The notes under the pieces were generated by a model that saw only the letters and a program-made list of their open reading frames with translations, was not told the DNA's origin and searched no databases. 64,000 nt of DNA. Source: an uncultured Clostridia bacterium. Its GTDB lineage: Bacteria > Bacillota > Clostridia > Christensenellales > UBA1242. Made by a program: the position numbers and the translations under genes. Below are positions 16,463 to 26,039 of the stretch, piece after piece (the stretch's first letter is position 1; each line of letters begins with the position of its first letter). Location: NCBI GenBank assembly GCA_944376845.1, contig CALWDZ010000007.1:1294-65293 (forward strand), read 5' to 3'.

Positions 16463-17567
16463 AACAATGATTTATGTGCATATCCCTTTTTGTGACAGTA
16501 AATGCCTTTACTGTAATTTTGTTTCGGGAATTTATAGTGAAGAAATAAAGCAACAGTACTTTTTAAAACTTAATAAAGAAATTGAATACAATGCAAATAA
16601 AAAATATATCGTAACATCGATTTATATTGGTGGCGGAACGCCATCTTCTATTGACTCAAAATATGTTGTAGAACTTATAAACAATATATTTACATGTTTT
16701 ACTATCAAAGATGATGTAGAAATAACCATAGAAGCAAATCCATGTTCTTTGACTAGGGAAAAATTACATGACTATAAAAATTGTAAAATAAATAGACTTA
16801 GTATTGGAGTACAATCGCTTGATAATAATTGTTTAAAAAAGATTGGGAGAAAGCATACAAGGCAAAAGGCTTTAAAGGCAATAAATCTTGCAAGACAATG
16901 TGGCTTTAACAACATAAATGCTGATGTTTTAATAGGTATACCAAATCAAACCTATCATAAGTTAAAATCAACTATAAAAACTTTATTGAAAAAAGTGTCT
17001 CATATATCGGCATATATGCTAATAAATGAGCCTAATACACCTCTAACAAGGATGATTGCAAATAATGAAGTGAAAGTAGTTGATGAAGATAAATGTGTAA
17101 GTTTTTATGATAAAATAGTAAAATACTTAAATAAAAAACATTTCACAAGATATGAAGTTTCAAACTTTGCAAAAAATGATATGATATGCAAACACAATAT
17201 GGGCTATTGGCAATGTAAAAATTATCTTGGTTTTGGAGTTTCTAGTCATTCATATTTTTTAGGAGAAAGGTATTATAATACCTCAAATATACTAGAATAT
17301 ATTCATAGTGAATTTAACTATGAAAAGCACAAACTTACAAATAGTGAAAAGATAGAAGAATATTTAATGCTTGGACTTAGAACAAAATATGGTGTAAATA
17401 TTGAAAAACTAAGGAGTTTAGGTTTTGATATTTTAACCGCAAAAAAAACAGAGTTGGATATGCTTGCATCAAATGACTTTATACAAATTTTAGATGGTGC
17501 AATTATAGTAAATAACGATAAATTTGGCGTACTAAATCAAATAATATTAAAATTATTACCAAACTAA
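16455..17567 (+). CDS. hemW: radical SAM heme chaperone HemW (oxygen-independent coproporphyrinogen oxidase-like)
   Basis: [16 protein letters not shown] radical-SAM CxxxCxxC, GGGTPS, and the conserved lepA-hemW synteny. Confidence 0.85.
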   Translation: MIETMIYVHIPFCDSKCLYCNFVSGIYSEEIKQQYFLKLNKEIEYNANKKYIVTSIYIGGGTPSSIDSKYVVELINNIFTCFTIKDDVEITIEANPCSLTREKLHDYKNCKINRLSIGVQSLDNNCLKKIGRKHTRQKALKAINLARQCGFNNINADVLIGIPNQTYHKLKSTIKTLLKKVSHISAYMLINEPNTPLTRMIANNEVKVVDEDKCVSFYDKIVKYLNKKHFTRYEVSNFAKNDMICKHNMGYWQCKNYLGFGVSSHSYFLGERYYNTSNILEYIHSEFNYEKHKLTNSEKIEEYLMLGLRTKYGVNIEKLRSLGFDILTAKKTELDMLASNDFIQILDGAIIVNNDKFGVLNQIILKLLPN

Positions 17568-17637
17568 AAAAAATTGTTGCAAAAAACAAAACTATATGTT
17601 ATTATATGTAAAGTAATTTTACTTGACAGGTGACCAT

Positions 17638-17943
17638 ATGAGTGTGGAACAAAATATTGAATATGGGATGCTTTTGGACATTTATGGCGACTTATTAAGC
17701 GAGCGTCAATATGAGATAATATCCAGTTATGTAAATAATGATATGTCACTAAGTGAAATTGCGGATAATTTCAATATCTCAAGAAGTGCGGTTTTAGATG
17801 CACTAAATACCGCAAAACGCAAACTCAATGAGTTTGAAAGTAAATTGAAATTGTATCATTTAAAAAAGTCGCTTGAAAATGCAGTAAAACTGGATGACAC
17901 ATTATGTAAAAATCAAATAAAAAAGATTTTGGAGGAGTTTTAA
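17638..17943 (+). CDS. ylxM: YlxM-family putative DNA-binding protein (UPF0122)
   Basis: LLDIYGDLLSERQYEII..YVNNDMSLSEIADNFNISRSAV, a sigma-70 region-4-like HTH. Located directly upstream of ffh. Confidence 0.8.
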   Translation: MSVEQNIEYGMLLDIYGDLLSERQYEIISSYVNNDMSLSEIADNFNISRSAVLDALNTAKRKLNEFESKLKLYHLKKSLENAVKLDDTLCKNQIKKILEEF

Positions 17944-19259
17944 TGGCTTTATTTACAAGTTTAAGTGAAAAAATGTCACATATTTTTTCTAAACTCACTA
18001 AACGAGGAAAACTAACAGAACTTGAAATTAAAGAAGCAATGAGAGAAGTCAAACTCGCGCTACTTGAAGCAGATGTTAATTATCTTGTTGTAAAAGACTT
18101 TATTAAGAAAGTTTCTGAAAAGGCTGTTGGTGATACTGTTTTAAAAAGTCTAACTCCAGGGCAACAGGTTATAAAAATTGTCAACGAAGAACTTACTGCA
18201 CTTATGAGCAGTCCAAACCAAAAACTTATGGTTGCACCTATGCCACCAACAGTGATAATGATGTGTGGACTTCAAGGGGCTGGTAAGACAACAATGTGTG
18301 CCAAACTTGGCGCATACCTTAAAAAATCTAATAAGCGTCCACTCTTGGTTGCTTGTGATATTTATAGACCAGCAGCAATCAACCAACTTAAAGTTGTTGG
18401 TGCACAAGCAAAAGTAGATGTCTTTGAAAAAGGTACTCAAAACCCAGTTAAAACGGCGAAGCAGGCCGTAGAGTTCGCAAAATCACAAAATTACGATACT
18501 GTCATCATTGATACTGCTGGTAGACTTCATATCAATGAAGAACTTATGCAAGAACTTAAAAACATAAAAAAAGAAGTTAACCCAACTGAAATTTTGCTTA
18601 CAGTTGATAGTATGACGGGTCAAGATGCAGTAACGGTTGCTGAAAGTTTTAATAATGACCTTGATATAACAGGTGTCATTTTAACAAAATTGGATGGCGA
18701 TACGCGTGGCGGTGCTGCACTTTCAATTAAAGCCATTACTCAAAAACCAATAAAATTTTGTGGTGTTGGTGAAAAGATTGGAGATATAGAACCTTTCTAT
18801 GCCGATAGAATTGCATCAAGAATACTTGGTATGGGTGATGTTCTGAGTTTAATTGAAAAAGCACAAGAGGCAGTCAGCGAAGAGGAACTTAAAAAGTTTG
18901 AAAAGTCATTTAGAGAAAATTCATTCACATTTGAAGATTATCTTGCTCAACTTGAAAGACTTAAAAAAATGGGGAATATAAATGACTTAATTGCAATGAT
19001 ACCAGGACTAAGCGGTAAACTTAAAGGTGCTCAGGTTGATGAAAATGTGTTAAAAAAGAATAAGGCTATTATTCAAAGTATGACAAAAAAAGAAAGGTTA
19101 AACCCTGACCTTATAAAAGGAAGTCAGCGTAAACGCATTGCACAGGGTAGTGGAACTACTATAACAGAAGTCAATCAACTGATAAAGCAATTTGAGCAAT
19201 CAAAAGAGATGATGAAACAAATGAAAAACAAAAAAGGCATTGCAAGATTATTTAATTAG
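17943..19259 (+). CDS. ffh: signal recognition particle protein
   Basis: GLQGAGKTT, DTAGRLH, TKLDGDTRGGAALS, and the Met-rich M domain. Confidence 0.95.
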   Translation: MALFTSLSEKMSHIFSKLTKRGKLTELEIKEAMREVKLALLEADVNYLVVKDFIKKVSEKAVGDTVLKSLTPGQQVIKIVNEELTALMSSPNQKLMVAPMPPTVIMMCGLQGAGKTTMCAKLGAYLKKSNKRPLLVACDIYRPAAINQLKVVGAQAKVDVFEKGTQNPVKTAKQAVEFAKSQNYDTVIIDTAGRLHINEELMQELKNIKKEVNPTEILLTVDSMTGQDAVTVAESFNNDLDITGVILTKLDGDTRGGAALSIKAITQKPIKFCGVGEKIGDIEPFYADRIASRILGMGDVLSLIEKAQEAVSEEELKKFEKSFRENSFTFEDYLAQLERLKKMGNINDLIAMIPGLSGKLKGAQVDENVLKKNKAIIQSMTKKERLNPDLIKGSQRKRIAQGSGTTITEVNQLIKQFEQSKEMMKQMKNKKGIARLFN

Positions 19260-19308
19260 TTATATTAGCAAAAGTTAATATATAAAAAAATATAAAAGGA
19301 GAAAGAAA

Positions 19309-19560
19309 ATGGCATTAAAAATTAGATTAACAAGGCTTGGAGACAAAAAATCACCATTTTACAGAGTTGTAGTTGCAGATTCAAGGTCACCAAGAGATGG
19401 TAAGTTTGTTGAAGTTATAGGCACATACAATCCTTTAACTGAACCTGCTGAAATCAAAATTGACGCTGAAAAAGCATCTAGATGGTTAAAAAATGGTGCA
19501 CAACCAACCGAAACAGCCAAAGAATTGCTAGTAAAAAGTGGCGTTATTGAAAGGAAATAA
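19309..19560 (+). CDS. rpsP: 30S ribosomal protein S16
   Basis: [33 protein letters not shown]. Confidence 0.95.
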   Translation: MALKIRLTRLGDKKSPFYRVVVADSRSPRDGKFVEVIGTYNPLTEPAEIKIDAEKASRWLKNGAQPTETAKELLVKSGVIERK

Positions 19561-19576
19561 CACATAAAGGAGTATT

Positions 19577-19807
19577 ATGGAGCAATTAGTTGAGTACATT
19601 GTAAAAAGTTTGGTTGATGATAAAGATGCTGTGAAGATAACCACTGAGAGAGAGGGTAGTGAAATAAACATTATAGTCAATGTTGCCGAAAACGATATTG
19701 GCAAAGTAATTGGAAAAAATGGTAGAATTGCCCAATCAATTAGAGCAATAGTAAAATCTATATCAGCCAAAGAAAAAATCAGATACAATGTTAAAATAAA
19801 CAAATAG
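19577..19807 (+). CDS. KH domain-containing RNA-binding protein (YlqC family)
   Basis: VAENDIGKVIGKNGRIAQSIR (GxxG KH motif). Conserved position between rpsP and rimM. Confidence 0.85.
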   Translation: MEQLVEYIVKSLVDDKDAVKITTEREGSEINIIVNVAENDIGKVIGKNGRIAQSIRAIVKSISAKEKIRYNVKINK

Positions 19808-19841
19808 GCATATTTTTGCCTGTTTTTTATATGGAGAGATT

Positions 19842-20336
19842 ATGCGATTTGTAGGAACAATAGTCAAACCTCAAGGAGTCAAAGGTGAATTAAAAATTTA
19901 TCCATCCGATACAGACCTTGACATTTTTAAATACATAAAGTATGTTTATATTGACAATTTAAAAATTCTTGTTAAAAAGATTGTTGGTCGTCAAGGTTTT
20001 TTGTATGTGTTTTTAGATGGCATAAATGATAGGAACACTGCCGAAAAATATAGACAAAAAAAAGTGTATGCTAGTGATGAAGAAATGACTTTAAAACAAG
20101 ATATGTTTTATGTTGAGGACCTTTTAAATATGGATGTTGTCAGTGAGGAAGGTGAGTTTTTGGGAACAATTACTGACATACAGAGTTATGGGGCAACCGA
20201 TGTGTTCACAATACTAGATGTTGATAATCGTGAAATAATGTTGCCACATCTAAAATCAATATTTTTGGGTGTTTTTGATAATCATATGAAAGTAAATAAA
20301 AAATTATTTGAAGAGATGAAAGTATGCACAGATTAA
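19842..20336 (+). CDS. rimM: ribosome maturation factor RimM
   Basis: GTIVKPQGVKGELKI N-terminus, PRC-barrel C-terminus, and synteny. Confidence 0.85.
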   Translation: MRFVGTIVKPQGVKGELKIYPSDTDLDIFKYIKYVYIDNLKILVKKIVGRQGFLYVFLDGINDRNTAEKYRQKKVYASDEEMTLKQDMFYVEDLLNMDVVSEEGEFLGTITDIQSYGATDVFTILDVDNREIMLPHLKSIFLGVFDNHMKVNKKLFEEMKVCTD

Positions 20337-20992
20337 CCATTCTTACATTATTTCCGGAGATGTTTGATGCAATCAAGCATAGCATTATAAAGCGTGGTAT
20401 CGACAATAAATTGTTTGAACTAAATGTTGTTGATATACGACAATTTTCAAAAGACCAGCATAAAAAATGTGATGACTATCCATATGGTGGTGGTGCAGGT
20501 ATGGTTATGATGGTGCAACCAATAGTCGATGCGTTTAGAAGTTTATCGACTAAGGATGCAAAAGTTTTATACACCAGTCCAAGAGGAAAGGTATTTAACC
20601 AAACTATGGCACAGCAACTTTCTAAATATGAGGACATTGTTATATTATGTGGGCATTATGAGGGCGTGGACCAACGTGCTATCGATATCTTGGGTGCAGA
20701 AGAAGTCTCAATTGGAGATTATGTTTTGACTGGTGGTGAATTGCCCGCAATGGTAATGATAGATGCAATCGTTAGAAATATTGAAGGCGTAATTAATTCA
20801 CAATCGCTAAAAGATGAAAGTTTTTCCAATGGACTACTCGAATATCCTCAGTACACTCGTCCAGAAGTTTTTGAAGGTTTAGAAGTTCCAAAGGTTTTAC
20901 TTTCTGGACATCATCAAAATATAGATAAGTGGCGGCAAGAACAAGCAATTGAAATAACAAAAAAATATAGACCTGATTTGTTAGAGGAGTAA
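20324..20992 (+). CDS. trmD: tRNA (guanine37-N1)-methyltransferase
   Basis: ILTLFPEMF, DDYPYGGGAGMVM, CGHYEGVDQR, GDYVLTGGELPAMV. Confidence 0.95.
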   Translation: MHRLTILTLFPEMFDAIKHSIIKRGIDNKLFELNVVDIRQFSKDQHKKCDDYPYGGGAGMVMMVQPIVDAFRSLSTKDAKVLYTSPRGKVFNQTMAQQLSKYEDIVILCGHYEGVDQRAIDILGAEEVSIGDYVLTGGELPAMVMIDAIVRNIEGVINSQSLKDESFSNGLLEYPQYTRPEVFEGLEVPKVLLSGHHQNIDKWRQEQAIEITKKYRPDLLEE

Positions 20993-21844
20993 ATGGCAAA
21001 AGTAAATTGGTTTCCTGGACATATGGCAAAAACATTGGTGCAGATGTCTAAGGAAATAAAAAATGTTGATATGATTATATATGTTCTGGATGCCAGAGCG
21101 CCTTTGTCATGCCTTAATCCAAAATTTAATGAATTATGTACCGATAAACCAATTTTATATATCTTGAACAAAGTAGATTTAGCGGACGATAGTATTTCAA
21201 CACATATTAAAGAAATGCTTAAAAATAAGGATAACTCTGATTGTATTACTTTAAATAGTATTCAAAGTGGAACAAGTAAAATTATTGAATCAATAATGAA
21301 AACTTTATGTATTAAAAAACTGCAAAAGTACGAAAAAAAAGGACTTTCAATTCCGCTAAGGGCAATGGTAATTGGAGTTCCAAATTGTGGTAAGAGCACA
21401 CTAATAAATAATATGTGTGGAATAAAAAAGACTAAAACGGGAGATAAAGCAGGGGTAACTCGTGGTAAACAATGGGTTGCACTTAAAAATGGTTTTGAAA
21501 TTTTGGATACACCAGGAACACTTTGGCCAAATCTTGAAGATCAAGATATAGCAAAAAAATTATGCATAATTGGAAGTATTAAAGATGAAATTGTTGATAT
21601 AAATGAACTTAGTTTTTATCTTGTAAATTTACTTCAACAATATTATCCGCAAGTTTTAAAAGATAGATATGATATAACAATAAATGATGATGCGCTCTTA
21701 ACTCTTGACGCAATTGCTGAAAAAAAACATTTTTTAATTAGGGGTGGGGATATTGACTATGATAGAACTTGTGCTATGATCATTGATGATTTTAGAAAAG
21801 GTAGATTGGGCAAAATTACCTTAGATCAGGTGAAAGATGTTTGA
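20993..21844 (+). CDS. rbgA: ribosome biogenesis GTPase YlqF/RbgA
   Basis: WFPGHMAK, circularly permuted GTPase motifs (NKVDL ... GVPNCGKST ... DTPG). Confidence 0.9.
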   Translation: MAKVNWFPGHMAKTLVQMSKEIKNVDMIIYVLDARAPLSCLNPKFNELCTDKPILYILNKVDLADDSISTHIKEMLKNKDNSDCITLNSIQSGTSKIIESIMKTLCIKKLQKYEKKGLSIPLRAMVIGVPNCGKSTLINNMCGIKKTKTGDKAGVTRGKQWVALKNGFEILDTPGTLWPNLEDQDIAKKLCIIGSIKDEIVDINELSFYLVNLLQQYYPQVLKDRYDITINDDALLTLDAIAEKKHFLIRGGDIDYDRTCAMIIDDFRKGRLGKITLDQVKDV

Positions 21845-22439
21845 ATATGAAAATGAATTTTTAACACAAGGTTATAATTATATCGCAGGCATAGATGAAG
21901 CGGGTAGAGGTCCACTTGCTGGTCCTGTTGTTTGTGCCATTGCAATGATGCCACTTGAAAAAGACAAAATAATTGATGGTGTAAATGATAGTAAAAAACT
22001 TTCACCAAAAGTTAGAGAAATGCTTTATGACAAAATTGTAAATACTGCACTGGCTTATGATATACAAGTAGTAGATAACAATGTTATAGACGAAATAAAT
22101 ATTTTAAATGCTACAAAGCAAGGTATGTTAAATTGTATAGATAATATTAGCATAACACCAGATATAGTACTTATTGATGCAGTTAAATTAAATTCTGAAA
22201 TAAAAACAGTATCCATTATAAAAGGTGACGAAAAAAGTTATAGCATTGCTTGTGCTTCAATTTTAGCAAAGGTTTACAGAGATAGGTTAATGCTTGAAAT
22301 GGATAAAAAATATCCACAGTATGAATTTAAAAACCACAAAGGGTATGGTACACAAAAGCATATTGAACTTCTAAAAAAATTTGGAAAATGCGATATTCAT
22401 AGAAACACTTTTATTAAGCATTTTGTAGGTGAAAAATGA
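21837..22439 (+). CDS. rnhB: ribonuclease HII
   Basis: IAGIDEAGRGPLAGPVV, DSKKLS, ASILAKV.RD. Confidence 0.92.
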   Translation: MFEYENEFLTQGYNYIAGIDEAGRGPLAGPVVCAIAMMPLEKDKIIDGVNDSKKLSPKVREMLYDKIVNTALAYDIQVVDNNVIDEINILNATKQGMLNCIDNISITPDIVLIDAVKLNSEIKTVSIIKGDEKSYSIACASILAKVYRDRLMLEMDKKYPQYEFKNHKGYGTQKHIELLKKFGKCDIHRNTFIKHFVGEK

Positions 22440-22777
22440 ACACAAAGATTCCAGGTCAGCGTGGAGAAGCGTTGGCTTTTAATTATCTAATTGAAAACAA
22501 TTATAAAATTTTAAATACAAACTTTTCATGTAAACTTGGTGAAATTGATATTATCGCTCAAAAAGATGATTACATAATTTTTGTTGAAGTAAAGGCAAGA
22601 TCATCTAGTGCTTTTGGACTTCCTAGAGAGGCGGTAACATACCAAAAGCAACAACACATAAAAAGAACTGCACTCTTTTATTTGCAGAAAACCAAAAATT
22701 TGAATAAGTTTTGTAGGTTTGATGTCATAGAAATTTTGGGTGATAAAATTAGTCACATTGAGAATGCATTTATGTAA
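22436..22777 (+). CDS. yraN: YraN-family endonuclease (UPF0102)
   Basis: GQRGEALAFNYL...GEIDIIA......FVEVKAR, characteristic of the family. Confidence 0.85.
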   Translation: MNTKIPGQRGEALAFNYLIENNYKILNTNFSCKLGEIDIIAQKDDYIIFVEVKARSSSAFGLPREAVTYQKQQHIKRTALFYLQKTKNLNKFCRFDVIEILGDKISHIENAFM

Positions 22778-22884
22778 TAACCTTTTATAAAATTTATTTA
22801 AAATTATTGTTAAAACACTTGAAATATTTTTAAACATATGTTATCTTTTAAAAGACTTCGAATGGTCCGCTGGCAAATTTTTTT

Positions 22885-22912
22885 TTGTTTATGAACATTT
22901 AGTAAATATAAT
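22885..22912 (+). promoter_or_regulatory. sigma-A type promoter for rplS
   Basis: TTGTTT, 16-nt spacer, TATAAT, followed by an AGGAGG SD and GTG 22929. Confidence 0.45.
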
Positions 22913-22928
22913 ATAGGAGGAAAAGTCG

Positions 22929-23276
22929 GTGAATATTATAGACATTATCGAAAAAGAAAACTTGAAAGATGATGCACCAAAATTTAACATTGGCGATACT
23001 GTAAAAGTTTGGGTCAAAATTAAAGAAGGTGATAAACAAAGACTTCAAGCATTTGAAGGCGTTGTAATTGCAAGAAAAAATGGTAGTGTGAGAGAGACTT
23101 TCACTGTAAGAAGAATTTCTTATGGTGTTGGAGTTGAAAGAACATTTCCTTTACATTCTCCACTTATTGACCATGTTGACATTGTCCGTAAAGGCAAGCC
23201 AAGACGTGCAAAATTATACTATGTAAGAGATCTTACTGGTAAAGCTGCTAAAATTAAATCGGCAGACAACAACTAA
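22929..23276 (+). CDS. rplS: 50S ribosomal protein L19
   Basis: [36 protein letters not shown]...TFTVRR. GTG start. Confidence 0.95.
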   Translation: MNIIDIIEKENLKDDAPKFNIGDTVKVWVKIKEGDKQRLQAFEGVVIARKNGSVRETFTVRRISYGVGVERTFPLHSPLIDHVDIVRKGKPRRAKLYYVRDLTGKAAKIKSADNN

Positions 23277-23285
23277 AAATCATCT

Positions 23286-23322
23286 AACACAAATCCTAAA
23301 CGGTTTGTGTTTTCTTTTTTTT
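23286..23322 (+). terminator. rho-independent terminator after rplS
   Basis: Hairpin AACACAAA/TTTGTGTT followed by a long T-run. Confidence 0.6.
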
Positions 23323-23415
23323 ATTCGTAAAAATGCGTTTTGTAAAATTTTAAAATTTTGACAATTTATTTTGTGATATTGTTTTTGGGGTGCTATACTT
23401 AGCCAGTAGGTTATT

Positions 23416-24954
23416 ATGTTAGCAAAAGTATTAAGTTTTGGTTTAAATGGCATAGATGGATATAAAGTTACAGTTGAAGTTGATATTTCTGCTGGGCTTC
23501 CAAAGTTTGATATTGTTGGACTTGGAGATACTGCCATTAAAGAAGCGAAAGAGCGTGTCAAATCTGCAATACGCAATTCTGGACTTAAATATCCAATAAG
23601 TGCCATCACTTGCAATCTTGCACCGGCGGATATGAAAAAAGAAGGTACTTTTTATGACCTTTCTATAGCGGTTGCTATTTTATCAGCAAGTGAAGTCATA
23701 GATTACAAAAAGATTGGTGATACAATATTTTTGGGAGAATTGTCACTTAATGGAGAAATAAAGAAAGTAACGGGGTTGTTGCCACTGCTTATTGCCGCAA
23801 AAGAAAAGGGTTATAAACATTTTATTATACCAAAAGATAATTATTTTGAAGCAAGTTTCATTTCTGATATAGATGTTAAAGTAGCACAAAGTTTAGAGCA
23901 ACTTGTAAATTCATATAAGGAACCTGATATTGTTCTTGAAAAAGTTTTTCCTTCAAATTATGAAGCACTTAAACAAAGTAAACCAACATCTTATCTAGAT
24001 ATGAAAAATGTCAAAGGACAATTTAGTGCAAAAAGAGCATTAGAAATTGCCGCTGCAGGCGGTCATAATATTTTGATGATAGGCCCACCAGGGAGCGGAA
24101 AGACCATGCTTGCAAAGTGTTTCCCGGGGATACTTCCTGATATGACTTTTGAAGAAGCACTTGAGGTAACAAAGATACATAGCGTTGCTGGAGAATTGAA
24201 TTTAAATGATGGAATAATTTTGTCAAGGCCTTTTAGAACACCACACCATACAGCCACATCAATTAGTTTGGTTGGTGGTGGTTCTCAAGTTAAACCAGGT
24301 GAAATAAGTTTAGCACATAATGGTGTGTTATTTTTAGATGAATTGCCAGAATACTCAAGGCATTTTATTGAAACGCTTCGTCAGCCGCTAGAAGATGGGC
24401 AAATAACAATTGCAAGAGCAAAACAAACGGTTACTTATCCAGCATCATTTATTTTGATTGCCAGTATGAACCCGTGCCCATGTGGAAATTTTGGTTCAAA
24501 AAAAGAAGAGTGTCGTTGTACTCCATCACAAATACATAGATACTTATCTAAACTTTCAGGACCTATTATGGATAGGATTGATTTACATATTGAAGTTGAT
24601 AACGTTACATATGATGATTTGCATACAAATGAGGAATGTGAAAGTTCGCAAGACATTAAAAAACGCGTTGACAAAGCAAGAAAAGTTCAACTAGACCGTT
24701 TCAAAGGCACAAAAGTTTATTCAAATGCCAAAATGGATGTAACTCAAACAAAGAAATTTTGTAAACTCAGTAAAGAATGTGAAGATATATTAAGAATGGC
24801 TTTTGATAATCTACATTTAACAGCAAGAGCACATGATAGAATTTTAAAAGTTGCAAGAACAATAGCTGATCTTGAGGGAGAGATAGATATTTTGCCACAA
24901 CACATAGCCGAAGCAATACAATATAGATCACTTGATAGGAAGTATTGGGAATGA
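23416..24954 (+). CDS. comM: YifB/ComM family Mg-chelatase-like AAA+ ATPase
   Basis: N-terminal Lon-like domain (FDIVGLGDTAIKEAKERV), Walker A GPPGSGKTM, GVLFLDELPE, and CPCG motifs. Confidence 0.9.
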   Translation: MLAKVLSFGLNGIDGYKVTVEVDISAGLPKFDIVGLGDTAIKEAKERVKSAIRNSGLKYPISAITCNLAPADMKKEGTFYDLSIAVAILSASEVIDYKKIGDTIFLGELSLNGEIKKVTGLLPLLIAAKEKGYKHFIIPKDNYFEASFISDIDVKVAQSLEQLVNSYKEPDIVLEKVFPSNYEALKQSKPTSYLDMKNVKGQFSAKRALEIAAAGGHNILMIGPPGSGKTMLAKCFPGILPDMTFEEALEVTKIHSVAGELNLNDGIILSRPFRTPHHTATSISLVGGGSQVKPGEISLAHNGVLFLDELPEYSRHFIETLRQPLEDGQITIARAKQTVTYPASFILIASMNPCPCGNFGSKKEECRCTPSQIHRYLSKLSGPIMDRIDLHIEVDNVTYDDLHTNEECESSQDIKKRVDKARKVQLDRFKGTKVYSNAKMDVTQTKKFCKLSKECEDILRMAFDNLHLTARAHDRILKVARTIADLEGEIDILPQHIAEAIQYRSLDRKYWE

Positions 24955-26027
24955 TAAGTCAAAACGATAAAACATACATTTTCTTCTCCGCTATGGAACT
25001 TACAGTTAAAAGATGCAATGAAATTATTTCACATTTTGGTTGTGCAGATAATGTGCTTTCTGCGCTCCTAGATGGAGATAGTTTTTTAGTAGATTTTTTT
25101 AATACAGATTATGAAAAATTTAAATCTAAACTTTTAAGTTTCTCTTTTGAAACATTGGAACAGTATTTCTTGAATAAGCATGTGGGGTATATCACGATTG
25201 AAAGTTCGCTTTATCCACAGCAATTAAAACAATTAGATGAACCGCCATATATATTGTATTACATTGGTGACCTTTCGTTATTGTCAACAAAAAATATTGC
25301 AATTGTTGGCTCACGAACACCAACTTTTTATGGGAGAGAAATTACGGACCTTTTTGCAAAAACACTTGTAAAAAATGATTTTACTATAGTAAGTGGGCTT
25401 TCAACGGGTGTTGATAAGATTGCACATGAAACAGCACTTAAAGAAAATGGTAAAACAATCGCAGTTCTTGGCAATGGTTTTCAACATATGTATCCTAAAA
25501 GCAACATTAACTTAGCAAGGGAAATAGCAAAGAAAGGTTTGCTTATAACAGAATATTATCCTACATTTCAGGCACGAAATTATTCTTTTCCAATGAGAAA
25601 TAGAATTATTGCAGGTCTGAGTTGTGGTGTATTACTTACAGAAGCGGCAAAAAAGAGTGGTTCGCTTCACACCAAAAATTTTGCCTTGGAACTAGGTATA
25701 GATGTTTTTAGTGTTCCCGGAAATATAACAAGCACAAAAAGTGAGGGAACAAATAATATAATAAAATATGGTCACGCCCAAATGGTGACATCACCCAATG
25801 ACATTTTAGAGCAATATGGAATAAAGCCAACAAAAGTAAAAAAAGAAAAAATAGAGTTAAACTTTGATGAGAACAAAATATATAGTATTTTAAAAGATGG
25901 AGAAAAAAGTTTTGATGAAATCCAATATAAGACAAATATCTCAGTTCAAAGTTTAAATACTTATTTGACAACTATGCAAATTCGTGGAATAATAAAAAAA
26001 TTGCCAGGTAATTATTATACGATTTAG
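24945..26027 (+). CDS. dprA: DNA-processing protein DprA
   Basis: Rossmann core IAIVGSRTPT.YG......SGLSTGVD..AH...L.....TIAVLGNG. Confidence 0.88.
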   Translation: MGMISQNDKTYIFFSAMELTVKRCNEIISHFGCADNVLSALLDGDSFLVDFFNTDYEKFKSKLLSFSFETLEQYFLNKHVGYITIESSLYPQQLKQLDEPPYILYYIGDLSLLSTKNIAIVGSRTPTFYGREITDLFAKTLVKNDFTIVSGLSTGVDKIAHETALKENGKTIAVLGNGFQHMYPKSNINLAREIAKKGLLITEYYPTFQARNYSFPMRNRIIAGLSCGVLLTEAAKKSGSLHTKNFALELGIDVFSVPGNITSTKSEGTNNIIKYGHAQMVTSPNDILEQYGIKPTKVKKEKIELNFDENKIYSILKDGEKSFDEIQYKTNISVQSLNTYLTTMQIRGIIKKLPGNYYTI

Positions 26028-26039
26028 TTTGGAGGATAA

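Noticed and set aside
22778-22928. Possible L19 leader RNA upstream of rplS.
   Set aside because: I could not find convincing helices. The candidate promoter leaves a leader of only about 10-15 nt.
23280-23615. 111-aa minus-strand ORF spanning the rplS terminator, the comM promoter and the comM 5' end.
   Set aside because: It overlaps a terminator hairpin and the conserved N-terminus of ComM. It has no SD.
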